Positions 23,761 through 33,815 of a stretch of 64,000 nt of DNA are shown piece by piece; positions within the stretch are counted from its first letter, which is position 1; the number at the start of each line of letters is the position of its first letter. The translations under genes were made by a program, and so were the position numbers. The notes beneath the pieces are model-generated. The model saw only the letters and a list, made by a program, of their open reading frames with translations. It had not been told where the DNA came from and ran no database searches. This DNA comes from Hormiphora californensis (taxonomy: Eukaryota > Animalia > Ctenophora): positions 1 through 64,000 of the forward strand of contig CM035360.1 of assembly GCA_020137815.1 (NCBI GenBank), written 5' to 3'.

Positions 23761-24545
23761 AGAGAGTTGGAGAGGGTAAACAAGAGAACAGAGGATTTAT
23801 ATGGGACATTTACCATCACTTGTTTGTCTTGTATATCTGGGATGATTTCTAAAAGATCTGATGTTTTCAAGTTCCTATATTCAGAAAGAACAGCTTGTCA
23901 GAAAATTAAAGTTATTAAATCAGGTTTATTTTGGTTCCGAAATATAATTTAAAACCCTTTTTGAGATCGTTATACATAATGTATATTCATGAAGCAAGAA
24001 AAAGAAATTTAAATTGTTTATTAAAACCCCGTTGTTTGAGAAATCTGTTGTTTTTACTGATTTGTGTAACACTTCTATTTTCACATTTTGGAAAAAAGAA
24101 CCCTCTTGTATTCTTTTTTTATAGTCAGTATGAATTGCAAATGACTTCGGGAGATGCCAATAAAACGGTTATTGGCATCTCCCTAATTCATTTGCAATTG
24201 TTATTAACAGATACAGTCGGACCCCGATATACCGGGATCGGGATGCTCGGGGGAAATGCCGAAATTGTTTTGCCCGGTACAATTACATCGGAGTCAAATA
24301 TTATTCAAATCCTATATCGGTGGAAGTTTATCCCTCCAGTAAATTGGGGTCTGTCTGTATGATATATACATACAGTGTATGTCCTAGGATCCTAAGTCCT
24401 TATACCTTATACATATAGGATAAATAACGTAACACGCGCGAAATTGTGACTTACGGTGCAAAGTAACGCGCGCAAGCAAGTCCACCGAATCGTCGTGCGC
24501 GCGATGCGATCCGGGCACAGCTACGTAGCGGCCGTTCCAAATTTT
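23761..24545 (+). repeat. Direct duplication, copy 2
   Basis: Matches 18962-20789 but lacks the 220-bp MITE and ~820 bp of the Tc1-like element interior. Confidence 0.9.
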
Positions 24546-24614
24546 CTAAGAAAATTTAAAATTTCTTCAAGAAAATCTTTAACCTTCCCAACTTCCCCCT
24601 GCACTCTGGCTTTG

Positions 24615-24960
24615 TTCAAGTTCAAGTTCAAGTTCAATTATATTTTTACACAATACATAAAACGTGATGAAATTCCCATCGCGTGGGTCCTCCTTGTCAA
24701 ATTGTTTATTTACAGTCCCTTACTTAACATAAAAACATAAACAGCATGAGCAGCAAAACAACATTTACAGCCTCACACAACGTTCTTTCTTCCTGCCTCT
24801 CTGAAATCATTTGGGACCGTCGTGTAGCCACGCACCGGTGGTCTGTCATGGAATTGCTTCATGAATGCACCCAATTTAGCCTTTAACCCAGGAAGTGTGC
24901 CTGAAAGAGTAACCTCTCGAGGGAGTCTGTTCCATAGTTCCACCGCCATAGCTCCACCCC
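24615..24960 (-). mobile_element. 5'-truncated CR1-like LINE 3' end
   Basis: Encodes AVELWNRLPREV...FHDRPPVRGYTTVPND, homologous to the C-terminus of the ORF2 at 30356-33334 (AAHLWNRLPAAV...FYDRPPVRGYPSLPND). Ends in a (TTGAAC)n tail at 24615-24638. Confidence 0.85.
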
Positions 24961-24990
24961 TCAAATAATGCCTGAATGTGCTCTGAAAAC

Positions 24991-27900
24991 TTACTTACTT
25001 GATACTTGGTTCGGTCTCCTCAATCATTCGAGTGGCCGGCTCCAAGTATCCTCGCTCGTAGCGACGTGAGCTGTCTCCATTCATTTCTGTTCTCTGCAGT
25101 GTTAGTAATAGCACGAAGAGATTGGGATTGACCCGTAGCGTCTCGATAATCGTTCAGAACACAGGAAGTCCAGGTTTTACGCGGTTTTCCTCTGGAACGT
25201 CTCCCATGACTAGGCACCCAGTGGTAGAGTTTGTTGGGCACCCTACCCTCAGGCATTCTAATCAGGTGTCCAAACCAGCGGAGTCTCCCATTGCCAATGA
25301 ACTTCGAGATTGGTTCTATCCCCGCCCTCTCCAGTACCTCCCTGTTAGATACTCTCCTAAACCACTGTATTCTCAGGATTCTACGCAGGCACCGTTGGTG
25401 GAACGCCTCCACCCGGCGATCTTGGACCTGAGTAGTTGTCCAGGCCTCACAACCATAGAGAAGCACCGTCAGAACAGCAGCCCTGTAAATCCTAATCTTG
25501 GTACAGGTCCTGATATTACGGTTGTACCAGATTCTACAGAGCATACTGAATGCACTATATGCCTTCCCTATCCTGATACCCAGCTCCTTGTCGATGGTAC
25601 CATCAGAGGACATAGCCGATCCGAGATAGGTAAAATTGGTCACCTGCTCAGCCGGATTGCCCTCCACAGATATATTGACCGTATCCGCCTCCGAAAAAGG
25701 ACGCTGGTTAAGACCCTTAGAAAATGCCATAACTTTAGTCTTTTTCGCATTGATCTTCAAACCAGCATACCCTGCGTATTTAGCCAGTAAATCCGTTGAC
25801 TCCTGGAGCCCTTCCTCTGTATCATCCATTACAGCCATGTCATCCGCGTAATCGAGGTCCAGAAGCCACTCCCCTCCATCCCCACTCTCAACACCCTGAA
25901 GAGTGAGCCCCCTGGAGACAGTCTTGTTACACTCAGCAAGCTGTGCTGCCCAATTTATAACGATGTTAAAGACTGGCGGCCCCTGGATGTCGCCCTGACC
26001 AGTACCACTAAGAACACTGAACCAATCGGAGAGTTCCCCACCATGTTTCACTGCACTCACTGTACCATCAAAAAACGCACGAACTATCCGGATATATTTC
26101 TCAGGAAGACCATAATGGCGAAATGATGCCCAGACAAATTCTCTGTTTATACAATCGAATGCTGATTTAAAGTCTATAAAGTTTATGTACAATGGTAAAT
26201 TATATGCTATACACTGGTGTATGATAGTACGGAGGGAATAAATCTGATCCACACAAGAACGGTTTCGCCTAAAACCGCACTGGTTTTCCCTGAGTGCCAG
26301 TTCCAGGCCTGATGCCAACCGATCCAGCATTACAATCTGAAACAACTTAGAGGTTGTTGACCGCAGTGTAATACCCCTGTTGTTAGAACAGATACTGGGG
26401 TCACCCTTTTTAGGAATCACCGAAATAACCCCCTTCAACCACTCCTCCGGGACCTTCTCCTCCCTCCAGACTCCACCAAACAAATCCACTAGGGGGCCGA
26501 CAAGACCACTCGAGCCATACCGAAGCTGCTCATTCGTAATCCCATCAACGCCAGGACTCTTATGATTCTTGAGCCTCTTCAGTGCCGCTAAAACTTCTCC
26601 ACGAGAAGGTGGAGGATCATCCTCACCAAGGTCCTCAAAACACGGGTCCACATCCAGACCATCCAGATCCGAGAGCTGTGATGTAGTTACAGGGGGGTTT
26701 AACAGCTCAGAGAAGTGCTCCGCCCAGCGCTCCCGCTGTTGAACAGGATCAGCAATGAGTTCACCGTTCCTATCGCGAACAGCAGTACCGCCACGTTTCC
26801 TCACACCTGACAGATCTTTCATGTGCTGCCAAAGCTCCCTCTGCCGCCCATGCACCGCAGCATTCTCCAAATCCGATGCCAAACTATCCGCCCACCTATT
26901 GTCATCCAAACGTGAGGCCTTCTTGACCAGCTTGTTAAGCCTGGAGTACTCAGATCCACCAGCGGGATCATTCTTCTTCAGCTCAGCACGTTGAGAGATA
27001 AGGTCTCGAGTTTCCAGAGACAGGTGCTGTTCACGAACATGCTTAGGCCGTGCTCCCAGGACCTCAAGTGACACCTCACCGATTACCTCCTTAAATTGCC
27101 CCCACTGACCCTCCAGACTTTCCTCAGGCTCCAGAGATTCGAACCTGTTCCGGAGAGAGACATTATATTCCGTGCGTGTCTCGTCGCACCCCTTCCTGAG
27201 ATTCTCTATGGCTGGAACCTCCCTGACTGGTTTTCTACAGTTCTTCGCTGCACTCAGCCGGATCCTAACCTTTCCCCGTACCAGATAGTGATCAGACCCG
27301 ATGTCTGCACTCCTTAGGACCCTAACATCTAGCAGAGAACTTCGCCACTTGTTTCCAACACACAGATGATCAATCTGCGTGACAGTGGTACCGTCAGGAG
27401 ACTTCCACGTTCCTTTGTGATGATCCCTATGAGGGAACATCTTCCCACCAATAGACAACTGATAAGCGCCACACAAATCCTCCAACCGCTCACCGTTGTC
27501 ATTAGAAATTTGATGGAGAGAATGCCCACCACCAACCCTCGCGTTGAAATCCCCACCCAGGAAGACCACGTCCTGCCGAGGGAGCCTATCCAAAACCGAT
27601 GATAACTGGTTGTAAAACTCCTCCTTGACCGCGTCATCCTTGTCATTGGTTGGAGCATATGCAACAACAAGGGAAATATTAACATGTTTGGTGTGTAGTC
27701 GGGCTGCCATGATGCGTTCAGAGAAGGGACTGTAGGAAATTAAGGACTTCTTGACAGATTTTGATAAAACCAACCCAACACCCTGCCGCCTCAAACCATC
27801 TGCCCTGCCAGAGTTAATGAAAAGATGCCCGTTATCCAGGTTGATAACCTCCGTACCAGGCCAGTGCGTTTCTGTGAGAAGCAAAACGTCGAGTCGGAAA

Positions 27901-28428
27901 AATGAAACTGCATTAGATAATTCATACAACTTAGAGGATGATGACTGTAGAGATAAAACATTCCAAGTTGCCAGATGAAAATAATCACGAACACAATTAA
28001 GCGGATTCAATGTACCGGGGTGGGCCACACCAGGGATGTGTTGGCCCGAAATAACTCTGCGACTAAATGAAACCGGAACCGGGGCTCCCATCAGGTCGGA
28101 GGGCCCCGAATCACCTGAATCAGCTTTACCCTCCTCCCGTCCCCTGGTCACCCTAACCTCGCTGCCGCAGTACCGGTCCTTGCCAGCTTTCACCGACGCC
28201 AAATTTGAGGAGGACACCGAGAGATTCGTAGCTGAATTTTTAAAGCATGACGAGTAGCTAGCACGACACACCGCATCGCCCGCAGCCTCTTAGCCGGATC
28301 ACGCTGGACCCGCCCAGGATGGACCACGCGGAGGTGGACTGTTCGGACTTGTCATGTGAGAGGTGGAAGTTACCAACAACGACACACATCACACAACCAT
28401 TCCCATCCCACACAACCATTCCCATTCC
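24991..28428 (-). mobile_element. Full-length RTE-clade LINE
   Basis: Single long ORF, short 3' UTR with (AAGT)n tail, and TSD CTCTGAAAAC at 24981-24990 and 28429-28438. Confidence 0.93.
25020..28271 (-). CDS. RTE polyprotein: AP endonuclease + reverse transcriptase
   Basis: 1083-aa open frame with APE motifs (TWNV, TETHW, AYAPT, GDFNA, IDH, SDH) and RT motifs (KSPGVDGI, QCGFR, FIDFKSAFD, GTGQG, YADD, FTYLGS). The start codon is uncertain. Confidence 0.95.
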   Translation of the reverse strand: MCRASYSSCFKNSATNLSVSSSNLASVKAGKDRYCGSEVRVTRGREEGKADSGDSGPSDLMGAPVPVSFSRRVISGQHIPGVAHPGTLNPLNCVRDYFHLATWNVLSLQSSSSKLYELSNAVSFFRLDVLLLTETHWPGTEVINLDNGHLFINSGRADGLRRQGVGLVLSKSVKKSLISYSPFSERIMAARLHTKHVNISLVVAYAPTNDKDDAVKEEFYNQLSSVLDRLPRQDVVFLGGDFNARVGGGHSLHQISNDNGERLEDLCGAYQLSIGGKMFPHRDHHKGTWKSPDGTTVTQIDHLCVGNKWRSSLLDVRVLRSADIGSDHYLVRGKVRIRLSAAKNCRKPVREVPAIENLRKGCDETRTEYNVSLRNRFESLEPEESLEGQWGQFKEVIGEVSLEVLGARPKHVREQHLSLETRDLISQRAELKKNDPAGGSEYSRLNKLVKKASRLDDNRWADSLASDLENAAVHGRQRELWQHMKDLSGVRKRGGTAVRDRNGELIADPVQQRERWAEHFSELLNPPVTTSQLSDLDGLDVDPCFEDLGEDDPPPSRGEVLAALKRLKNHKSPGVDGITNEQLRYGSSGLVGPLVDLFGGVWREEKVPEEWLKGVISVIPKKGDPSICSNNRGITLRSTTSKLFQIVMLDRLASGLELALRENQCGFRRNRSCVDQIYSLRTIIHQCIAYNLPLYINFIDFKSAFDCINREFVWASFRHYGLPEKYIRIVRAFFDGTVSAVKHGGELSDWFSVLSGTGQGDIQGPPVFNIVINWAAQLAECNKTVSRGLTLQGVESGDGGEWLLDLDYADDMAVMDDTEEGLQESTDLLAKYAGYAGLKINAKKTKVMAFSKGLNQRPFSEADTVNISVEGNPAEQVTNFTYLGSAMSSDGTIDKELGIRIGKAYSAFSMLCRIWYNRNIRTCTKIRIYRAAVLTVLLYGCEAWTTTQVQDRRVEAFHQRCLRRILRIQWFRRVSNREVLERAGIEPISKFIGNGRLRWFGHLIRMPEGRVPNKLYHWVPSHGRRSRGKPRKTWTSCVLNDYRDATGQSQSLRAITNTAENRNEWRQLTSLRARILGAGHSND

Positions 28429-28583
28429 CTCTGAAAACCCCGGGCGTTAACGTGAACGGAGATTTTCTGAATAAGCTTTTGACTTTTCAGGATTCTGGAT
28501 TTAGCTTTCAAACTTTTCAACACTACTTTAAACAAATTAATTTGAGTTTCAGCCAAATGTCTGCCTGACCACCCCGGAAGACG

Positions 28584-30371
28584 ATGCCGGATATGTCAAA
28601 CGAGATACTAGCGAAACAGAAAGCAGTGCTGTCGGAGCTTTGGCATACGTTGCAGGCCCCTTATAATATAATATAAGGGGCCTGGAGGGAATACCGCGCT
28701 AGGGGGGAATACATAATCAATCATATCTCCGGTTCCAGATAAGGTAGAGAAATCGTTTTGGTAGCGTTGGAAAGAGGAAGATAACAGCTTTCAAATGCAA
28801 CCGGTTTCAGGTCTCTATCTTATCAGGAACAGGAGATATGAACCAAACTCCGCAAAATCGAGTGCGGTAAAATCAAAATTTGAATGAAATTTTAAAAAAG
28901 GTGTCCCTGCAAGAATCTGTGACGTCACTTTTTGAAAACAACCCATCTTTCAACGGCTATTGCTCGGCCTCCTTAAGTCCAATTAACTTCTCTCAAAAAC
29001 AGCAAGGTAGATAATCGTCAGATCTAACAACTGGTGAAAGAATCAAGTCAAACGGACTTCAGGAGCCAAAGTTATAAGCACCGCCGTTTTTTCGACCGCA
29101 AAGTTATCTTCGACCCAGCCGGGATCAGGCCAAACACGCGCGCGGCATTCCCTCCAGTCCCCTCGTTGCGGGGGTGCGCGCATGAGGGGGCTGCAGCGCA
29201 TTCCAAGTCGGAGCTATGTGATGACCCCGACTGTAGTGACGAGGTGAAACGGATCGTGAAGGCCTACAGTCCTACAGCTAAAAGGTACCAGACCAATCTC
29301 AAGGCACTTGATCGTTTTACGGACATTGTTTTGGAGGAGGCTGCGCTTTTCTTTGGGGGGAAACCCCGTACTGATGACGGAAAGGAAAAACGGTACCGGG
29401 ACAAAGCCAGTCTCATCGACTGGTTGATAATGGCTATTGAAAGTCTATTTCCGCAATTTTGTGAGGCATGCGAGAAAGACTATGTGATCAAAAGGTGTGA
29501 GAAATCCAGGTTCAATTGTGGAAGTTGTGGGGCAGGGAGCCATAATTGCACCCTAATCCAGGAGCAACCGCTGTGCTCTATTCCAGGTTTCAAGTGGATT
29601 TGTCACATGTGTTGCAAGAAACACACACTGGAAAAGTTTGTGGGTTCCAGTGGGGAGTTTGCAAGCCCTCCCAAGAGTGCAGCAAGTGAGGCTTCGGATG
29701 ACGCCCTAAGGAGGAGGTTTAGCTTCATGTCAGAGGTTGGAGACACCAAACCAGAACACCAGCAGAAGCCACCCGGTCAGAAATTCAACAGTGTGGAGGA
29801 GGCTGATGAGGGCAAGAAGAAAGACGATGATAAGCCGATCCCGGTGTGCCAACACTACCTACAAAATCGGTGCAAGTACGGCCGCTACGGAACGAAGAAG
29901 ATCGACGGAGTTTCATGCCAGAAGTCACATCCCCCAATGTGCCGGAGATACTGCGCCCATGGGTCCATGAAGAAATACGGCTGTCAGCTGGGGAAAGAGT
30001 GTCGATACTACCATCCACCTATCTGCCGCTCTTCCCAGTTCAGGCACGAATGCCTCAAGAAGGACTGTCGTTTTCAGCATCTCAAGAACACCCGACGAGT
30101 TGCAGTGGACGAGACTCTCAATCGGAACAGAACCCTGTCTTTTGGTGTCGGAAGGGCTGAGACGAACTATGCTAGGGATACGGAGATACCACGATCCCAA
30201 AATCCGAGTGGTAGCTCCAATGACACCCGTGAACCACCCCGATTTGATGAGGATTCTTTTTTAGAGAGACTGTTCGGGAGAATGGAAGTGAGAATGAAAC
30301 AGATGCTAGACAAGAGGTTCGAGAGTATAGAGACGATACGCCCGACTCTAAGTCAATGGAGAGATCGTTAG
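28584..30371 (+). pseudogene. LINE ORF1 (PHD-like finger + three CCCH zinc fingers) interrupted by an insertion at 28640-29206
   Basis: Removing the insertion and one TSD copy restores an in-frame start: MPDMSNEILAKQKAVLSELCDDPDCSDEVKRIVKAY. PHD-like segment CEAC..CGSC...H.C..WICHMC. CCCH units begin CQHYLQNRC, CRRYCAHG and CRSSQFRHEC. Confidence 0.85.
28640..29206. mobile_element. 567-bp non-autonomous DNA element with 9-bp TSD
   Basis: TSD GTCGGAGCT at 28631-28639 and 29207-29215. Imperfect TIRs TTGGCATACGTTGCAGGCCCCT / AGGGGGCTGCAGCGCATTCCAA extend ~60 bp. Confidence 0.92.
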
Positions 30372-33334
30372 GGACTGTTTCTACTACGAGTAACATATTA
30401 CTGCTTAATGCAAGGAGTCTAAGTCCGGCAGGTGATACGTGCTGGAAACTCGGTCTTATTAGAGATTATATAAGAAATGAGAAAACTCCTACAGTAGCCA
30501 TTGCAGTTACTGAAACCTGGTTTAAAGGGTATCACTCAGATGCCCAGGTTGAGATACCGGGATATAATGTTTATAGGAGTGACAGAGTGAGTAGAGTCGG
30601 TGGAGGCTGTGCTCTGTATGTTCACTCGTCGCTGGCTGTTTCTGATAGTACATGTTTTGCTAGTGCGTTTAACAATATGAAAGCTGTCTATGTTGGCCAG
30701 ATTAACACCATATTTGCTGCTGTTTATCGTTCAGAGTCGAGTGTTTTGGACTTTCAGAGACTAATGAATACCTTACAGACATTTATCGATAAGTACAGTG
30801 AGAGCGGGTTACCAGAAGTGGTATTATCGGGTGATTTTAATCTCCCACTCTTTAATTGGGTTGACGGGTCATCAGTCCCAGTTGATCAGCCTAACTACAA
30901 TGTTGTATCGGACTTTATGGACACTAATTTTCTATCCCAGGTTGTAGAGGGCCCTACCAGGGGCAACAATACGTTAGATCTCGTGTTCACCAATAGACCG
31001 GACTACTTCAGCGATATTTCCATTACAGATGAGGGTGTATCAGATCATCTGTGGGTATCATGTCACCTCACCTTCAACCCTCTCGGTCCAGTAAGTCTAT
31101 TTCTGCCTAGCAAACTGGAAGGTTATCGGCAACTGGATCTCCATTCAGCGGATTTTGTGAGTATTGATGCTGACCTTGCAGCTACTGATTGGGACAAACT
31201 GCTTGTTGAGTGTGAGGATCTGGGTGATGAGGATGGCTCATTGTTTGTGGAAGCTGTTCGAGATAGAGTGTTCAAGGTGGTTAAGTCACATTGCCGAGTG
31301 AAGAAAATGCGAAAGGACTTTGTAGACAAGGAGCTCAGGCATTTGACTAGCAGGAGGCGTAAACTTGATAAACGTAAGAACGATTCAGTAAAGTGGAAAT
31401 CGGTGATGGATTGTTTAATTGGGAAAATCAAATCCCATCTGATATCAAGGGACAAGAAAGTGGAGAGGAAGGCTGTGGGTGCTATCAAGGTGAACCCCAA
31501 GTACTTTTATACTCACGTTAAAAAGAACTCCAAGGTTAAATCATCAGTTGCCCCCCTTGAGCGTGCGGATGGTTCCTTAACTGTGGACCCCCTGGAGAAG
31601 GCTAACCTACTACAACACCAGTTTGCTAGCGTCTTCAGCAATCCGGCGGCTATTGATCCCTCTGTGGCAGCGGGTAGCATTGAGGACCTTGGTGAGATCC
31701 TGACGACCATGGATTTTTCACAGAATTGTATCCAGAGTGCACTAGAGGAGCTTAAACCCTTTTCGGCCTCACCTCCGGGCTGCATTCCTTCGTGCATTCT
31801 AAAACGATGTAACAGCAGCTTGTCTTATCCTATATGGATGTTATGGAACAAGTCATTTGAAGATGGGGCTGTTCCAAATTGTTTAAAGCAGCAGTTCATA
31901 ACACCGATCTTTAAGAAAGGGTCGAAGTCTACGACGGCAAATTATCGCCCTGTGTCGATCACCAGTCACCTATCTAAGGTGTTTGAGCGGCTAGTCAGAA
32001 AGAGAATAGCTGATTATTTGGATGAGATGCAGTTACAGAGTGAAACGCAACACGGTTTTCGAAAGGGACGTAGTACTATGTCCCAATTGTTATCTCATGT
32101 TGACTACATCCTAACTGAACTCTGTGGAGATAGAGAAGTTGATGTACTCTATTTAGACTTTTCTAAAGCTTTTGATTCGGTGGATATCAATGTGTTGCTA
32201 GCTAAGTTGAAAAGGTACGGGATTGGAGGAAAACTTCATCAGTGGATCAGTGCGTGGATCCTGGGCAGGCAGCAGTGTGTGATGGTGGATGGGGTTAGGT
32301 CACCATGGGTGGAGGTGCTCAGCGGGGTGGCGCAGGGTAGTGTCCTGGGCCCTCTCCTCTTCCTTATTTATATACTGGACCTGGAATCTGTACTGGATGG
32401 TAGTATGTGTCTCACCTTTGCGAATGATACCAAGTTAATGAAAGCCATAACAGATATTGTTGATCAGGAGGGTTTACAATCTGATCTTTTGAAGGTTACA
32501 GAATGGGCCAAGATAAACAATATGGTGCTACATGATCAGAAATTTCAACTCCTGAGTTACAGACTGAACAAGTCGGCAATCTACAAGGAATTCCCTTTTT
32601 CAGTTGACATATGTTCGTATACCACAAAATCTGGAGTACAACTGTTTCCTGAAGCTGATGTCCGTGACTTGGGTGTCCAGATGTCCTCGGATGGTTCTTG
32701 GTCTAAGCACATTGCCACCATTGTGAGGAGAGCCTCTCTCCTATCTGGGTGGATTTTCAGTGTTTTTCGAGATCGTTCACCAGAGGTAATGTTGCAACTC
32801 TTCAAATCACTGGTCAGACCAATTTTGGAGTATTGTTGTCTGGTCTGGGATCCGTCAAAGTCTGGGGACATCAAGTCAATTGAGAACGTCCAAAGGTGTT
32901 TTACTAGAAGACTTGATGGAATGCAGAATCTCGACTATTGGGAGAGATTAAAAGTTCTCAACCTGATGTCTCTTCAACGTAGGAGACAACGTTACATGTT
33001 GATACATGTGTGGAAGACGATCCAATATGGGTTTGTTCCGAATTCTGCAAATCTTGTGTTCCAACACAGTGCAAGGCTGGGTATGAGGTTAGTCCCACCA
33101 GTGTTTCCATATCGGGCTGAGACCTGGAGAGCGAATCAGTACCATTCTTCCTTCGGACCGAGAGCTGCTCACCTGTGGAACAGGTTGCCAGCGGCCGTTA
33201 ACTCTTGCGGAAGCTTAGGTCAATTCAAATCATCCCTGGGCAATTACTTGACAGGCTTTTATGACCGTCCCCCTGTCAGAGGCTATCCATCACTTCCCAA
33301 TGATATTTCCCCTCAATGTGCTGTTCATGTATGA
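30356..33334 (+). CDS. CR1-like ORF2: AP endonuclease + reverse transcriptase (catalytic motif mutated to FAND)
   Basis: 992-aa ORF with NARSL, VTETW, GDFN, LDLVFTN, SDH, NYRPVSITS, QHGFR, YLDFSKAFD, SGVAQGSVLGPLLF, FANDTKL and VRDLGV. Confidence 0.95.
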   Translation: MERSLGTVSTTSNILLLNARSLSPAGDTCWKLGLIRDYIRNEKTPTVAIAVTETWFKGYHSDAQVEIPGYNVYRSDRVSRVGGGCALYVHSSLAVSDSTCFASAFNNMKAVYVGQINTIFAAVYRSESSVLDFQRLMNTLQTFIDKYSESGLPEVVLSGDFNLPLFNWVDGSSVPVDQPNYNVVSDFMDTNFLSQVVEGPTRGNNTLDLVFTNRPDYFSDISITDEGVSDHLWVSCHLTFNPLGPVSLFLPSKLEGYRQLDLHSADFVSIDADLAATDWDKLLVECEDLGDEDGSLFVEAVRDRVFKVVKSHCRVKKMRKDFVDKELRHLTSRRRKLDKRKNDSVKWKSVMDCLIGKIKSHLISRDKKVERKAVGAIKVNPKYFYTHVKKNSKVKSSVAPLERADGSLTVDPLEKANLLQHQFASVFSNPAAIDPSVAAGSIEDLGEILTTMDFSQNCIQSALEELKPFSASPPGCIPSCILKRCNSSLSYPIWMLWNKSFEDGAVPNCLKQQFITPIFKKGSKSTTANYRPVSITSHLSKVFERLVRKRIADYLDEMQLQSETQHGFRKGRSTMSQLLSHVDYILTELCGDREVDVLYLDFSKAFDSVDINVLLAKLKRYGIGGKLHQWISAWILGRQQCVMVDGVRSPWVEVLSGVAQGSVLGPLLFLIYILDLESVLDGSMCLTFANDTKLMKAITDIVDQEGLQSDLLKVTEWAKINNMVLHDQKFQLLSYRLNKSAIYKEFPFSVDICSYTTKSGVQLFPEADVRDLGVQMSSDGSWSKHIATIVRRASLLSGWIFSVFRDRSPEVMLQLFKSLVRPILEYCCLVWDPSKSGDIKSIENVQRCFTRRLDGMQNLDYWERLKVLNLMSLQRRRQRYMLIHVWKTIQYGFVPNSANLVFQHSARLGMRLVPPVFPYRAETWRANQYHSSFGPRAAHLWNRLPAAVNSCGSLGQFKSSLGNYLTGFYDRPPVRGYPSLPNDISPQCAVHV

Positions 33335-33815
33335 GAGTGGCTGAGAGGTGATACGTGTTTAATTTATTTAGGTGGACCCACTAAGGGAAGGCCTGTTGTG
33401 TACACTAAAACGTTTATTGTAAACTTGTAAACTTGTAAACTTAGCTTTCTTTTGCCTAGCTCGACCCCCTTTTCGCGAGCTCCGCCCTAATGTGAATGTA
33501 AAATGAACATAACAAGCTTTCTTTAGGCTAAGTCTGGAAACTTAAAACTTGAATTCGTCCGGAAAAGCCGATGTAGAAACACCTTTGGGCGTTGGGCTAG
33601 GGGTTTTCCAGTAAGACACGAACTTCAAATTTGGAGTTTAGGAAGAACTTGACACGATCTAACTTCTGATATTTTCAGAAAGCAGTTACATTTTTCTGTT
33701 ACTTGTCTCAGTTACAAATTCTCTTGATCAGCTGTGTTATAGGTCACTCCCTCCACACAACTCAGTTACAAATTACCTCTTTTAGGACCAGTGATGAGAT
33801 GAGAAGGTGACGAAG

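Larger units (their letters stand above)
28510..33440 (+). mobile_element. Near full-length CR1-group LINE (ORF1 + ORF2)
   Basis: Two overlapping ORFs and a (TGTAAACT)n 3' tail at ~33418-33442. Candidate TSD TTAGCTTTC at 28501-28509 and 33441-33449; the 5' boundary depends on this. Confidence 0.88.

Noticed and set aside
24958-24990. RTE nested inside the truncated CR1-like fragment
   Set aside because: Protein similarity to the CR1 C-terminus fades at ~24958 and does not resume beyond the RTE, so the two are adjacent rather than demonstrably nested.
25122-28257. Plus-strand ORFs over the RTE and minus-strand ORFs over the CR1-like ORF2
   Set aside because: Antisense shadows of the long retroelement ORFs.
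29034-29206. ORF-track N-terminus of the 445-aa ORF1
   Set aside because: It lies inside the inserted DNA element; the real start is at 28584.
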